A DNA stretch of 63,936 nucleotides, the filler included, from an uncultured bacterium (GTDB lineage: Bacteria > Latescibacterota > UBA2968): the NCBI GenBank assembly GCA_964471275.1. It is 5 parts of 5 records of this genome, joined end to end, with 100 filler letters (N's around TTAATTAATTAA, not from the genome) between each part and the next. Parts side by side here need not be neighbours in the genome. Positions count along the whole stretch, not along the records: positions 1 to 14,032 come from CAYYGZ010000120.1; 4 more parts are not named here. One strand, written 5' to 3'. Positions within the stretch are counted from its first letter, which is position 1; each line of letters begins with the position of its first letter. The translations under genes were made by a program, and so were the position numbers. Shown one piece after another: positions 1-10,349 of the stretch. Below the pieces are notes generated by a model that was not told the DNA's origin, made no database searches, and saw only the letters and a list, made by a program, of their open reading frames with translations.

Positions 1-106
1 GATGTCAATTTTCCACGTAACCGTAATGAATACAAGGAAATACGATGCAGCTCCAACAGAACATCCTTGCACACAAAGACGAAATTCGTTCGAAATAGAG
101 AACAGA

Positions 107-2614
107 TCAGTTCAGCGAGGACTGCCCGAATGCTTGGGCGAAGGAAAGAAAATCGACATAATCGATGGCGCCGTTCCCGTCGAGATCGAAACGACCATCG
201 AATGAGGAATCCGATGATGCGGTCCCAAAAGCCTGAGCAAAGAGCAGAAAATCACTGAAGCCGACGAATCCGTCGGAATCGAAATCGGATAACGCAATCG
301 TCGATGCGGGCAGGGCCGACCCAAAGGGGCGTGTCCGGACCAGGATAGCTCTGGGTCCTTCCCCGAGCTTGTAAGACGCGATCGTCACGAAGGTCTCGGT
401 ATCGATCACCACGAGGTCATTCGAGCTGGAATTCGTAACGTAGATGCGCCGACCATCCTCGGAGAGCGTGAGTCCTCGTGTATTGGCGCCTGCAGGCAAC
501 ACTTTGAGCGTGCGGACGAGCCTTCGTTCTGCCGCGTCCATAACGAGTAGATTCCCGCCGTCATGGTCGGTGGCATAGATCGTGGCGCCGTCGGGTGACA
601 CGACGATACAGAAAACCCCGGCGGGCGTCGGTACAAGCTCCTCACTGCCATCGGCAAGATCGACCACGCTGATTCCGCCTTCGAACCCGGCGACATACAT
701 CGTCGCACCGTCTGGCGACACAGCCAACGAGCGGGGTGAATCCAGTACGTCGATCCTGTCCGTCACCGTCCCGGCAACAGGATCGACGACGAAGACCTTC
801 GCCGCACCGATATCCGACGCATACAGCGTTTCACCATCCGGTGAAATGGCCAATCCGAAGGGCCCATCTACAAGCCCGCTCAGATTGATCCGGCTCACCT
901 CGCGCAGAGCGTCCGCGTCGATCACCGAGATACTCCTGGCGTCAGAGTTCGTAACAAACACGCGCTCCCCGTTCGGGCTGATCGCCATGTCCAGGGGGCC
1001 AAAACCGACGTTTATCGTCGCCAGAAGCTCGTGCGTGGTCGTGGAAATCGCGGTAACGGTTCGCGAAGTCTGTGAACCAAAACCCGTGTTCGCTATGAAG
1101 AGCGTCTCCTGATCTGGCGTAATCACTGCATCGTGAGGTGTATCTCCGGTCACGATTCGCGCGACTTCCTGGCCATTCCCTGAGTCCAGGGCGGAAAGCA
1201 CGCTCGATCCGCTCATAACTACATAAATGACAGGCTCACCGGTTAACGCGATCACATCGAAACTCAGCGGCGTTTCTTCCGTGGGCGGAAAGGCAGTCAC
1301 GTTCCCGTCGTCATCCGTAGCGATAATCTGGTATTCCACTCGTGCCCCGGGCGGGGCTCCCGGGATCTCTGACACCCACGCGTTCCCGGCTTCGTTGAAC
1401 ATGGCGACATCCACAAAACCGGAGCCACTCACCTGATACCGCAGGACAGCAGATACGATCTCGCCTTCGTCCGAGATGGACAACTGGATGCTGTAGGGGC
1501 CGCGGGAGTCGGGAGTACTGACTGGAAGCTGCATGTTCGTGAGTTGTGGAAAACCCGGGACCGTCAGCCCCAGGACAAAGTCGATGGGACCGACAACGCG
1601 CCCGGCCTCGACGGTCAATGTCTGCGCGACCGACAGCCGATCGACGTTATCGTAGAATTCGTCGTCAAAGCGGGCCGCAAGACGCGTGAAGATTCCACCG
1701 AAGTTCTCAGCGGAAACAGAGCCACCGACCGGCTCGATCCCCACACGGTATTGCCCGGGGGGGAGACCGGAGATCTCGTACCGACCGTCTCCGTCTCGGC
1801 CTTTGTTGTTCCCGGCAGCACCGCTGAGCGCACTCACGGTGAAGTTCCCGGAAGACACATCGTAGGCGACTACGTGAACGCCGAACACGGACGTGCTGTC
1901 CCGGTTCGTCACTTGCCCGGTTATTGTGCCCAACTGCGTCGCGGAGGCACTGGGATACAGATGCGTAGCGCCAGCGATGTCATCGACCTCGAGTGTACGC
2001 GCGACGCCCGGGGCCTGCTGCGATGCGAACGGATTCATCGTCGGCCGGATTGAAGTCGGTCCGGCAAGCGGCGTATGGTCCAGGCCGATCAGATGCCCGA
2101 TCTCGTGAGTCATCACGTCCTGAAGATCCACCGGTCCAGGACCAGGAAACACCTCGGTTACCGAGAACTCGAAATCACGGCCGTTGAACGTTATGTCCGA
2201 ATCTGAAATGCGGCCCTGATCATCCCAGTTGATCGTCGTGATCGCGATCACGCCGGATCCTGCGGGAACGCCGATCTCGACACCGGACCGGTCAAAGCTT
2301 ATCACGTTGTCCCGGTCCGTGCTCGACTTCACGAAATTCCCGGATCCTGCGTTCACAAACTGCAGTTCGCTCGTCTCGACATTCTCCCACGCCCGAAAGC
2401 TCGCAGCCACAATACGATCGATGTCGCGGCTGTTGAAGGGGAAGCTTCTGGTGTTGACGAAATACGCGAGACCATTCCGGGCTTCGGCCGCGGACCACGA
2501 TACGGAGACGATTCGTCCGAAATCATTGATCTCGATCTGGGGGACAAAACCGGATCCGCGAAGCGGAACGAGAAGGAGGGCAACTAAGAGGATAGCAGGA
2601 AGAAGTCGCTTCAT
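107..2614 (-). CDS. Secreted multidomain protein: matrixin (M10-like) zinc metalloprotease, beta-sandwich domains, YVTN-type beta-propeller, C-terminal dockerin/EF-hand-like tag
   Basis: Signal peptide MKRLLPAILLVALLLVPLRG from ATG 2614 (ORF track extends to 2722); HEIGHLIGLDH zinc motif followed by Met-turn-like PTMNP; repeated 'AISPDGxxxYV' blades; paired DFDSDGFVGFSDFLLFAQAFG / DLDGNGAIDYVDFLSFAQAFG. Confidence 0.85.
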   Translation of the reverse strand: MKRLLPAILLVALLLVPLRGSGFVPQIEINDFGRIVSVSWSAAEARNGLAYFVNTRSFPFNSRDIDRIVAASFRAWENVETSELQFVNAGSGNFVKSSTDRDNVISFDRSGVEIGVPAGSGVIAITTINWDDQGRISDSDITFNGRDFEFSVTEVFPGPGPVDLQDVMTHEIGHLIGLDHTPLAGPTSIRPTMNPFASQQAPGVARTLEVDDIAGATHLYPSASATQLGTITGQVTNRDSTSVFGVHVVAYDVSSGNFTVSALSGAAGNNKGRDGDGRYEISGLPPGQYRVGIEPVGGSVSAENFGGIFTRLAARFDDEFYDNVDRLSVAQTLTVEAGRVVGPIDFVLGLTVPGFPQLTNMQLPVSTPDSRGPYSIQLSISDEGEIVSAVLRYQVSGSGFVDVAMFNEAGNAWVSEIPGAPPGARVEYQIIATDDDGNVTAFPPTEETPLSFDVIALTGEPVIYVVMSGSSVLSALDSGNGQEVARIVTGDTPHDAVITPDQETLFIANTGFGSQTSRTVTAISTTTHELLATINVGFGPLDMAISPNGERVFVTNSDARSISVIDADALREVSRINLSGLVDGPFGLAISPDGETLYASDIGAAKVFVVDPVAGTVTDRIDVLDSPRSLAVSPDGATMYVAGFEGGISVVDLADGSEELVPTPAGVFCIVVSPDGATIYATDHDGGNLLVMDAAERRLVRTLKVLPAGANTRGLTLSEDGRRIYVTNSSSNDLVVIDTETFVTIASYKLGEGPRAILVRTRPFGSALPASTIALSDFDSDGFVGFSDFLLFAQAFGTASSDSSFDGRFDLDGNGAIDYVDFLSFAQAFGQSSLN

Positions 2615-2624
2615 AACGGCTGGA

Positions 2625-3014
2625 TCAATCGCTCTTGATGAGGACAGGCTCCGGGTGTTTGGAATCCACGCGCCAGACCTCGTACCGACCGTCCAGATCC
2701 AGATCGGCCTCGGCAAGCGCAACGTATCGATCGCCCTGATCGATCACGACATACTCGAACACCCCCGGCATATCGTCCCAACGGAGGACATCACTCGTGT
2801 TACCACGATCTGAAGAGAGATAGGTTCCGTATTCCTCGAAGTATGCAAGTTGCAGCGTGTGTATCGTCTGGAGCGTCATCCTGGCGCGTGCACGCTCCCG
2901 CTCAACCAGAGTTTGCGTGGTGAACCGGTAGACCAGCATATAGCAGATCAGGGCAGTCATCACGACCGCCAGCGACGTATTCCTAACAAGCACTCGGTCT
3001 TCAAGTAAGTTCAC
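2625..3014 (-). CDS. Type IV pilin-like small membrane protein
   Basis: N-terminal hydrophobic helix, then ARMTLQTIHTLQLAYFEEYGTY and C-terminal ADLDLDGRYEVWRVD resembling PilA/PilE-type pilins; GTGA start/stop overlap with upstream gene. Confidence 0.6.
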   Translation of the reverse strand: MNLLEDRVLVRNTSLAVVMTALICYMLVYRFTTQTLVERERARARMTLQTIHTLQLAYFEEYGTYLSSDRGNTSDVLRWDDMPGVFEYVVIDQGDRYVALAEADLDLDGRYEVWRVDSKHPEPVLIKSD

Positions 3015-4687
3015 TTGGCACTCTCGTCTTGCACATCATCTACGCCAGGGCCGACTGAAAACCGTGTTTCGGATACGGTTTCCCAGCGAGCTTTCACATC
3101 GATCGTGTCGATCCTGGAGAGCAGGGCTTCTGCGTGCACGAACGGGTGTGTCGACCCGGCAAACCAGACACCGTCATCGTCGCGATCCAGAAAACCGTGA
3201 AGACTGTAGATACCGGGAACCAGCTCGACCATCTGGAAGGTGGAATCACCCGCTGCGACTCGAACGTTCGCAGACGCCGCGACATCGATACCGTCGACGG
3301 TCAGGATCACGGGTAGAGTGTCCGGCTCAACGGTTCCGCTCACCATCCCGAGATCGCGCGACACGACTGTCTCCAACACGATATCGCTGATTCGGCCGGA
3401 CACGTTGCCGACCAGGTCTCTGATGGCCGACGGATTCAACCGTAGTCGAACGGTGCCACCGGGCAGTCTCTGCGTCGGTTGAAATACCAGGACATTCGGC
3501 GCGTGCAGCGTCGACTTGCCCTGCGGGGACAGGGTGCTGTCGGCGATTGTCCAGAGCGGCGTGCCCGCGTCTGGTACGATTGCCTCGTCAAACGTAAGCA
3601 CGATTCCGGTCTCTGCAGAAGTGGCCTGGCCTTCGCGTGGCCGGATGTGAGCAAGAACCGGTCCCTGTTTGTCTGCACGACCATCCCCCTTGAAGGTCAG
3701 CGTGGTATCTCTGATGGAAACATTCGCGAAGGCGTCCGTGACACGCGCGACCTTGATCTGATACTCGGCACCCTCCTCCTGTGCATCGGTGACCAGATAT
3801 ACAATGCTGGAATCCGCTGCATCGACATACACCTCACAGACCGCCAGGGAGCCCTTCGAGGACGTGATCGACGCCTGGATGGGCAGAACGACAGGCTCGT
3901 CCATTTTGAGTCGTATACGACGGTTGTCGATCGTTCGCGCTGTCACAGGTCGTGGTGGTACCGAATCGCGGCTGACCAGCTGCACGTCAGTCATCCGAAT
4001 TCTGTCCGTAATCTGCAGATCTACATCTTCAGATGCGATCGCCAATCGCTCCTCACCGGGATCATAGGTCTGGTCGGCGTCGGCATCATCATACGCATAC
4101 ACGCGGTATTGCCCCCTGGCGAGACCGGGAAAGGTGAAATCCCCCCCTTTGCCCGCCTGTGTCACGTAAGGTGCGCGAGAAGCGGGGTCGGCGATAGACT
4201 CCGGGGAGAGCGGGAAGGCGATCACCTGGGTGGGTCGACCCGAACCGCCCCTGATCCTGCCCGTGATTTCGCCTCGATGGATCGTCTCGCCCGTCGAGAA
4301 CGTGAAATCATACGAGGAGACCATCGTGTTCCGATACACGTCCCATCCTTCCGCCCCGATGCTGAACCGATAGGTCCGGTCAGCCGCCAACGAGTCTCCC
4401 GGCCGGATCAGAAGCCGACTTCCCTTCCAGCTGAAGCGCAGGGCTTCGAACTCGCGGGGAGACAGGAACACCGATCGTTCGACAGACTTCCGATCCATCG
4501 GCTCGCTGAATCGAATCTCTACAATCGCTCCACGATCGACAGAAACGGATTTGTCCGCAGGGATGGTGGAAACGACGGATGGGGGCGTGCGATCAGGTGG
4601 CCCCCCCGAAGGCGGTGCCTGGCTTGCACATCTCGGAAACAAGAGAAGCGCGGCAAGGACCGCGCTGTTGATCGACCTAGACAGCAT
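3011..4687 (-). CDS. Lipoprotein with bacterial Ig-like (Big_5-type) domains
   Basis: Signal peptide ending in Cys then CASQAPPSGGPPDRTPP; 'IRFSEPMD', 'LTFDEAI' and 'DLVGN' Ig-repeat motifs. Confidence 0.75.
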   Translation of the reverse strand: MLSRSINSAVLAALLLFPRCASQAPPSGGPPDRTPPSVVSTIPADKSVSVDRGAIVEIRFSEPMDRKSVERSVFLSPREFEALRFSWKGSRLLIRPGDSLAADRTYRFSIGAEGWDVYRNTMVSSYDFTFSTGETIHRGEITGRIRGGSGRPTQVIAFPLSPESIADPASRAPYVTQAGKGGDFTFPGLARGQYRVYAYDDADADQTYDPGEERLAIASEDVDLQITDRIRMTDVQLVSRDSVPPRPVTARTIDNRRIRLKMDEPVVLPIQASITSSKGSLAVCEVYVDAADSSIVYLVTDAQEEGAEYQIKVARVTDAFANVSIRDTTLTFKGDGRADKQGPVLAHIRPREGQATSAETGIVLTFDEAIVPDAGTPLWTIADSTLSPQGKSTLHAPNVLVFQPTQRLPGGTVRLRLNPSAIRDLVGNVSGRISDIVLETVVSRDLGMVSGTVEPDTLPVILTVDGIDVAASANVRVAAGDSTFQMVELVPGIYSLHGFLDRDDDGVWFAGSTHPFVHAEALLSRIDTIDVKARWETVSETRFSVGPGVDDVQDESAK

Positions 4688-4700
4688 GGGTCATCCTGCA

Positions 4701-5585
4701 TCAGGCGCGTGGGTGTGCTTGTCGATACGCGTCCTTCAAACGCTCGACGCTGACGTGTGTGTAGATCTGAGTGGTGGAAAGGCTCGCGTGGCCCAGCATC
4801 TCCTTCACAGCGTTCAGATCGGCCCCCGCGTCCAACAGGTGTGTGGCAAAAGAATGCCTGAGCGCGTGGGGGCCGAGCTTCCTGCCAGTCGCTTCGCCCA
4901 GATACTTGGACACCCGACTCTGTACTCCGCTCGGACTCAGCGGTTCGCCCTTCCTTGTCACAAAGAGCGAGCCGCTGCCCTGTGCCGATTTCATCCGTGA
5001 TCGACGGTCTGCATAGGCGGTTAACGCTTGTTTGGCAGATCGTCCGACGGGCACAATCCGGTCCTTCCCTCCCTTGCCCCTAACACGGATCGTCCCTGCG
5101 GTCGTATCGACGGTATCGCGTTGCAGCCCGACCAGCTCTCGCAAACGGAGTCCAGAACTGTAGAACAGCTCCAGAATCGCTCGATCTCGTAACCCGATGA
5201 ATGACTTGGCGTCAGGCGCCTCGAGCGTTCGGCGAATTTCATCGACATCGAGATGTTCAGGGAGACGTTTCTCAGCCTTGGGGGGCGAGACCTGCAGCGC
5301 CGGGTTCCGATCGAGACGACCATCGACGCAAAGAAAGGAGAGAAAGGTACGGAGGGATGAAAGCTTACGGGCAATCGACGTGCGGCTGAACTTCTGAACG
5401 TGCAATGCGCCCAGGAACGCACGGACCGAATTCTTATCCAGATCGTTCAGCGGCCGGTCCGGGAATCGCTCATCGCAGAAAGCTCGAAACTGATCGAGAT
5501 CCTTCTGATAAGCAAGACAGGTGTGATCCGAAAGACGCCGTTCCTTCGACAGGTGTGCGATAAAGTCGACAATCTCGGCGTTCAC
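4701..5585 (-). CDS. xerC: Tyrosine recombinase XerC
   Basis: RDRAILELFYSSGLR, GKGGKDR, HALRHSFATHLL, LGHASLSTTQIYTH motifs; follows topA as in the common topA-xerC arrangement; GTG start at 5585 chosen (track start 5645). Confidence 0.85.
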   Translation of the reverse strand: MNAEIVDFIAHLSKERRLSDHTCLAYQKDLDQFRAFCDERFPDRPLNDLDKNSVRAFLGALHVQKFSRTSIARKLSSLRTFLSFLCVDGRLDRNPALQVSPPKAEKRLPEHLDVDEIRRTLEAPDAKSFIGLRDRAILELFYSSGLRLRELVGLQRDTVDTTAGTIRVRGKGGKDRIVPVGRSAKQALTAYADRRSRMKSAQGSGSLFVTRKGEPLSPSGVQSRVSKYLGEATGRKLGPHALRHSFATHLLDAGADLNAVKEMLGHASLSTTQIYTHVSVERLKDAYRQAHPRA

Positions 5586-5595
5586 ATTGGCCTCG

Positions 5596-7887
5596 TCAGG
5601 ATTTGGTGGATGCACCTCGCCGGCCGCGTCTCCGCGTCGGCCCATGTTCTTCCATGAGCTGCTCGCAGGCGGCCTGATCGAGTGTTGCCGGGTCGGTACC
5701 TTTTGGGATACGGTAGTTATCCTTCCCCTTCTTGATGTAGGGGCCGTATCGTCCGTTAAGGATCTGAATCTCGCCGAACTCCTTGATCACGTTCTTGGTC
5801 TTGTTCTCGCGACCATCCTTGATGATCTCGAGAGCCTCTTCGAGCGTGATGGTGGCAGGATTCGCACCGTTCAGAGAGTAGAATTCGCGACCGGTCCGTA
5901 CGTAGTAACCGTATCGCCCGTGATTGATCTGGATCTCATCTTTTGCGCCCTCCTCGGTCAGATGACGGGGATACATGAAATACCCAAGCGCCTCATCCAA
6001 CGTCACTTCGTAGATGTTCTTGTCTGCGGGGATCGAGGCGAACAGCGGCTTCTCTTCGTCCTCGCGCGTGCCTATCTGGATCATGGGGCCGAACTTGCCC
6101 AGACGCACGCTCACCGGCCGCTTGGTGGTTGGGTCGGTACCCAGTTCCTGCACCCTTCGCGCTTCGCTCGGATCGACGTTCTTTTCCTTGTCCTTCACAA
6201 CATCGATGAACGGAGGATAGAAGGACCGCATCATCTCCTTCCAACCCCGCTTGCCATCGGCGATCTCGTCGAAATCGTCCTCAATTCGAGTCGTAAAACC
6301 GAGATCGACGATGTCCGGAAAATGCTTCACCAGGAAGTCATTTACAACCTCGCCTGTTGCCGTCGGTTTGAGCTTGCGATCATTCGTTCGCTCCACATAC
6401 CCGCGATCCTGAATCGTGGAAATCGTGGGAGCGTATGTCGACGGTCGACCGATTCCTTCTGACTCCAGCTTCTTCACGAGTGACGCCTCCGTATACCGGG
6501 GAGGCGGCTTCGTAAAGTTCTGATCCAGATGGAGGGTCTCGAGCGGCAGCTTTTGCCCAACCTCGACCTTTGGTAGGATCACGTCCTGATCGTCCAGTGC
6601 CGCGTCAGGATCATCGGAACCTTCCGTATAGGCCTTCAGGAATCCCGCGAACAGAATCCGCTGACCCTTCGTTTCAAACAACAGTTCACGATCCCGGCCC
6701 GCTTCGATCTTAAGTGTCGTGCGAAGGATCTTGGCTTCTTCCATCTGCGTGGCCAGCGTTCGCTTCCAGATCAGATCATACAGCTTGAATTGCTGCGGCG
6801 TCAGATGATCCTTCATGTCGCTCGGCTTCATCGAGAGATCCGAGGGTCGAATCGCTTCGTGCGCTTCCTGTGCACCTTTCGTCGTTGATTTGAACTTCCG
6901 AGGAGTCGAAACGGCATATTCGTCTCCATACTCCTGCTTGATCACCTGATTTGCCTGCGTCAGCGCCTCATCGGACAGGTTCACCGAATCCGTTCGCATA
7001 TAGGTAATCAGACCACCCTCGTAGCCTGGAATCTCAAAGTTACCTTCGTAGAGCTGCTGGGCGATCCGCATCGTCTGGGCAACAGAGAAGGACAGCTTCC
7101 GCGACGCCTCCTGCTGGAGGGTAGACGTGATGAACGGCGCAACGGGCTTTCGTACACCCTCTCGCTCCACCACCTCCTTTACATCAAATGTCGCCGCCTT
7201 TGCGCTCGCGTCGATCTCTTTCGCCGCATCTTCGTCCGGCACTTTCCTCTGCTTGCCGTCGATCCGCGTGAGATCCGCGGAGAGCTTCGGATCTCCGAAG
7301 TCCGCCTTGATCTTCCAGAATTCCTCCGGGTTGAACGCCCTGATCTCGCGTTCGCGATCGACCAGAATTCGCACAGCGACGCTCTGAACACGACCCGCCG
7401 ACAACCCGCCTTTGATCTTGCGCCAGAGCAACGGAGACAGCTTATAGCCTACGGCGCGATCCAGAATCCGGCGTGCCTGCTGCGCGTCGACGAGCGCCTG
7501 GTCCACCTCGCGAGGGTTGGCCAGTGCCTCCTCGATCGCCCGCTTCGTGATCTCGTGGAAAACGATACGGTGGATCGTCTGGTTCTTGAGCTTCAGTGCG
7601 GAGATGAGATGCCACGAAATCGATTCACCCTCTCGGTCCTCATCCGTCGCGAGATATACGGTCGTATCCTTGTCAATATCCTTTCGGAGCTCTCGAATCA
7701 CCTTCTTCTTGTCGGTTGGCACCTCGTAATTCGGTGCAAAATCTGCCTCGGGATCGAAACCGAGCTCCTTTGACGGCAGGTCACGAATATGCCCCATCGA
7801 GGCCACGACCTTGAAGTCCTTGCCGACGAAATTGCCGATCGTACGCGCTTTGGCAGGCGACTCGACAATGATCAGATTCTTTGCCAT
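5596..7887 (-). CDS. topA: DNA topoisomerase I
   Basis: LIIVESPAKA Toprim motif, ATDEDREGE, SAGRVQS, ITYMRTDS catalytic Tyr, GIGRPSTYA, C-terminal GRYGPY repeats. Confidence 0.97.
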   Translation of the reverse strand: MAKNLIIVESPAKARTIGNFVGKDFKVVASMGHIRDLPSKELGFDPEADFAPNYEVPTDKKKVIRELRKDIDKDTTVYLATDEDREGESISWHLISALKLKNQTIHRIVFHEITKRAIEEALANPREVDQALVDAQQARRILDRAVGYKLSPLLWRKIKGGLSAGRVQSVAVRILVDREREIRAFNPEEFWKIKADFGDPKLSADLTRIDGKQRKVPDEDAAKEIDASAKAATFDVKEVVEREGVRKPVAPFITSTLQQEASRKLSFSVAQTMRIAQQLYEGNFEIPGYEGGLITYMRTDSVNLSDEALTQANQVIKQEYGDEYAVSTPRKFKSTTKGAQEAHEAIRPSDLSMKPSDMKDHLTPQQFKLYDLIWKRTLATQMEEAKILRTTLKIEAGRDRELLFETKGQRILFAGFLKAYTEGSDDPDAALDDQDVILPKVEVGQKLPLETLHLDQNFTKPPPRYTEASLVKKLESEGIGRPSTYAPTISTIQDRGYVERTNDRKLKPTATGEVVNDFLVKHFPDIVDLGFTTRIEDDFDEIADGKRGWKEMMRSFYPPFIDVVKDKEKNVDPSEARRVQELGTDPTTKRPVSVRLGKFGPMIQIGTREDEEKPLFASIPADKNIYEVTLDEALGYFMYPRHLTEEGAKDEIQINHGRYGYYVRTGREFYSLNGANPATITLEEALEIIKDGRENKTKNVIKEFGEIQILNGRYGPYIKKGKDNYRIPKGTDPATLDQAACEQLMEEHGPTRRRGRRGASTKS

Positions 7888-8130
7888 TTTGGGTCCTCAA
7901 GGAAGTCAGCCGGCGTCGATGCCCGGCATCTTCGAGCTCGTGCGCAGTCCATTATCGTCTGTGTGAAAGGTTGAGATACAGGCAAGTGCCGCCTGTTGGC
8001 AGGCGATGCAAAAAATAGGAGTGGTCATCGACCAAGTCAAGGCCCACCCGCAAAGACATACGGCAAGTGTTTATTTTTTATACGCTTACAATATCATAAC
8101 TGTACGACCGCACTGACCGTCTGCCGGATG

Positions 8131-10188
8131 TTATGTCCTTTCTCGGGTTTCGCCGGACATTAGCGAGAGTTCGATAGCCAGACAGACGAGGGCCGCGATC
8201 AGGAAGACCCGCCAGAGTTCCGATCCGTGGCGGTGATCGGCAACAACTCGGGCGAGGTCTTCATCCGGATCGACAAAGAGGACATCAGCGCCGTGAAACG
8301 CCCTGCTGATTACGGCATCCGCGACGGGGACTAGGTTCCCTTCGCGACTGTTGGTCTGAGCCGCAAAACGATCAACGATCCGTTCACCTGCGGAAATCTC
8401 CCACACACCGGGAAGATCCACATTCTCGACAGCCCAGTAGGCTCTCTCGCCCAACTGCTGTGCCCAAACCGTCCGCAGCGGCCCCTTCGGCGGCTGTATC
8501 ACGGCCTCGCGTGCACGTATCACCTTTGCCGGGCGCACGGCTTTGCGTCCGACGATCACGTCATCGGCCCCGAAGCTCCCCGTCGCCAGATACCGAACAG
8601 CGCGATGCAGAAACGGCGCGAAGAAACCGGTCACGGGCAGATCCGACCATTCGAGAGCGGTGTGCGACAACAGAACCATCGCACGGCCTTGCCCAAGTCG
8701 ATTCTCCACGAGCGCAGGAGATCCTGCGGTAAAGTCCAGAACAGATCTCGATTCACCCTCGATGCGAGCAACGTAGTTCACGTAGAACCGCGGGCTTCGG
8801 ATGTCTTCCTTTACGAGCGATCCCAGAACGGGGTGGTCGGCACCAGACGGTTCAAAACCCGTATACCTCTGTCCCGAACGGTCACCGGAAACACCGGTCA
8901 CGGACATCGGGCAGAGTGTTGGAAAGACCTGCTCATTATATACCCGGAGGTCGACACCTTCGCCGAGGAGCACGAACAGCCCCGCACCTCGAGAGACACG
9001 CCGACGTATGGAGTTAACCTCTCCGCGTCCGAGCCTTCGTACGTTGCAGAGGATCATTACGTCGAGCGAGGCATAGTCTTCGGCTCCCCCCGCACCCGGT
9101 TCTATTGACGCAACTTCCAAACCGGCCGTCCCGTCGGTACCGAGTGCCTCCTGAACGTAATATCGCTCCTTTGCCTCCCCGATGACCCCCACACGGATTC
9201 GGTCGGGTATGTGAACGATGCTCGATCTCTTGTTGTCGGCAGTCAGATCGTCGTCCGGAATCTCAGCACGTATCTCCCGAGCGCCTCCTCTCTCGGGCGT
9301 ATATCGGAAGGTCGCGCGTACACGTTCCCCCGGACCGATGGCTACGATCTTCTGCCCGATCCGTTGGCCATCGACAAAGGCGTAAACGGGCAGTTCGCTC
9401 ACACGTTGTGCTCCGAAGTTCTCTAACTCGACGTTGATCTGGGCAGGCTTGCCGACCGTCAACAGCAGTCCGGCCGGGCGGATGGAGCGAACCGACACAT
9501 TCTCCCCACCGTGCCCGGGGGGGCGAACGACATAGACCGTCGTGCCCTCAAAACCATCGTACGGATCCTGCAGCGACTCCCAACCGGCTCGAGCCAGATC
9601 GGAGAAAACGTAGAGTTCACGATTCAGCGTCTGGCTTTTGCGCAGCACCTGCCGGGCGGCGTCTACTGCGGCGACGGGGTCAGATCCGAGGAAGGAAGCC
9701 TCCACATCGGCGAGAGCAAACCGGAGTCGATCCAGTGTCACGGGATCGGATGGATATGCGCGCTCATCGTAAGGGATGACGGTTACAACATCTCGCTCGT
9801 CGAACTGGCTCAACGCCTGGCCGGCCCGGTGCTTGGCGTGGGCAAGAATCGTGCTCCCACCCTTACGATAGCGCATGCTCATCGATTGATCGATCAGCAT
9901 AACCGCTGACGTTTCGCCGTGACCATTCCCAAAGGGTGTCTCGCGAATTGTTGGCCTTGCGAAGACCATAACCAGGAGGACGATCAACAGCGTTCGAATG
10001 GCGACCAAGAGCCATTGCTTGATTTGAACACGACGCATGCGATCCTGCTGAAGTGTCTGAAGCAGGGCGACGTTGCTGAACGCAATCGCCACGCTACGCC
10101 TCCGATTCAGCAGGTGAATCAGGACCGGTAACGCTGCGGCCCAGAGGCCGTGCAGCATCGTGGGGTTCGAGAAGTTCAGACCGAACAA
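8131..10188 (-). CDS. BatA (aerotolerance regulator N-terminal) and vWA domain membrane protein
   Basis: LPVLIHLLNRRR BatA motif, IDQSMSM MIDAS motif, VFSDL, C-terminal ELWRVFLIAALVCLAIE; TTG start at 10188 after GAGG. Confidence 0.85.
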   Translation of the reverse strand: MFGLNFSNPTMLHGLWAAALPVLIHLLNRRRSVAIAFSNVALLQTLQQDRMRRVQIKQWLLVAIRTLLIVLLVMVFARPTIRETPFGNGHGETSAVMLIDQSMSMRYRKGGSTILAHAKHRAGQALSQFDERDVVTVIPYDERAYPSDPVTLDRLRFALADVEASFLGSDPVAAVDAARQVLRKSQTLNRELYVFSDLARAGWESLQDPYDGFEGTTVYVVRPPGHGGENVSVRSIRPAGLLLTVGKPAQINVELENFGAQRVSELPVYAFVDGQRIGQKIVAIGPGERVRATFRYTPERGGAREIRAEIPDDDLTADNKRSSIVHIPDRIRVGVIGEAKERYYVQEALGTDGTAGLEVASIEPGAGGAEDYASLDVMILCNVRRLGRGEVNSIRRRVSRGAGLFVLLGEGVDLRVYNEQVFPTLCPMSVTGVSGDRSGQRYTGFEPSGADHPVLGSLVKEDIRSPRFYVNYVARIEGESRSVLDFTAGSPALVENRLGQGRAMVLLSHTALEWSDLPVTGFFAPFLHRAVRYLATGSFGADDVIVGRKAVRPAKVIRAREAVIQPPKGPLRTVWAQQLGERAYWAVENVDLPGVWEISAGERIVDRFAAQTNSREGNLVPVADAVISRAFHGADVLFVDPDEDLARVVADHRHGSELWRVFLIAALVCLAIELSLMSGETRERT

Positions 10189-10349
10189 GTCAACCTCGAT
10201 CGGGGTGGGAGAAATCCAACCAGCAGAACTGCTCTGCCTTTGCAACGCAATTCAGAGATCCTTGGTTCCCGTATATAGATGGTGGCAGGCAACAAAAAAG
10301 TCTGCCCAGCATTGAGCAGACTCGACAGACTAGGCGTCAACCTTGGAGA

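Noticed and set aside
107..120. 14-nt exact match TCAGTTCAGCGAGG with 33079-33092
   Set aside because: Several 14-mer matches are expected by chance in 64 kb.
3479..4753. Long antisense ORFs (also 31918-32967, 40937-42007, 47095-48120, 55373-56269)
   Set aside because: Shadows of well-supported genes on the opposite strand in GC-rich DNA, with no recognisable motifs.
4701..5585. Tyrosine recombinase as the integrase of a mobile element, or a nearby dif site
   Set aside because: Housekeeping XerC motifs in topA-xerC context; no att sites, cargo or dif-like 28-mer seen.
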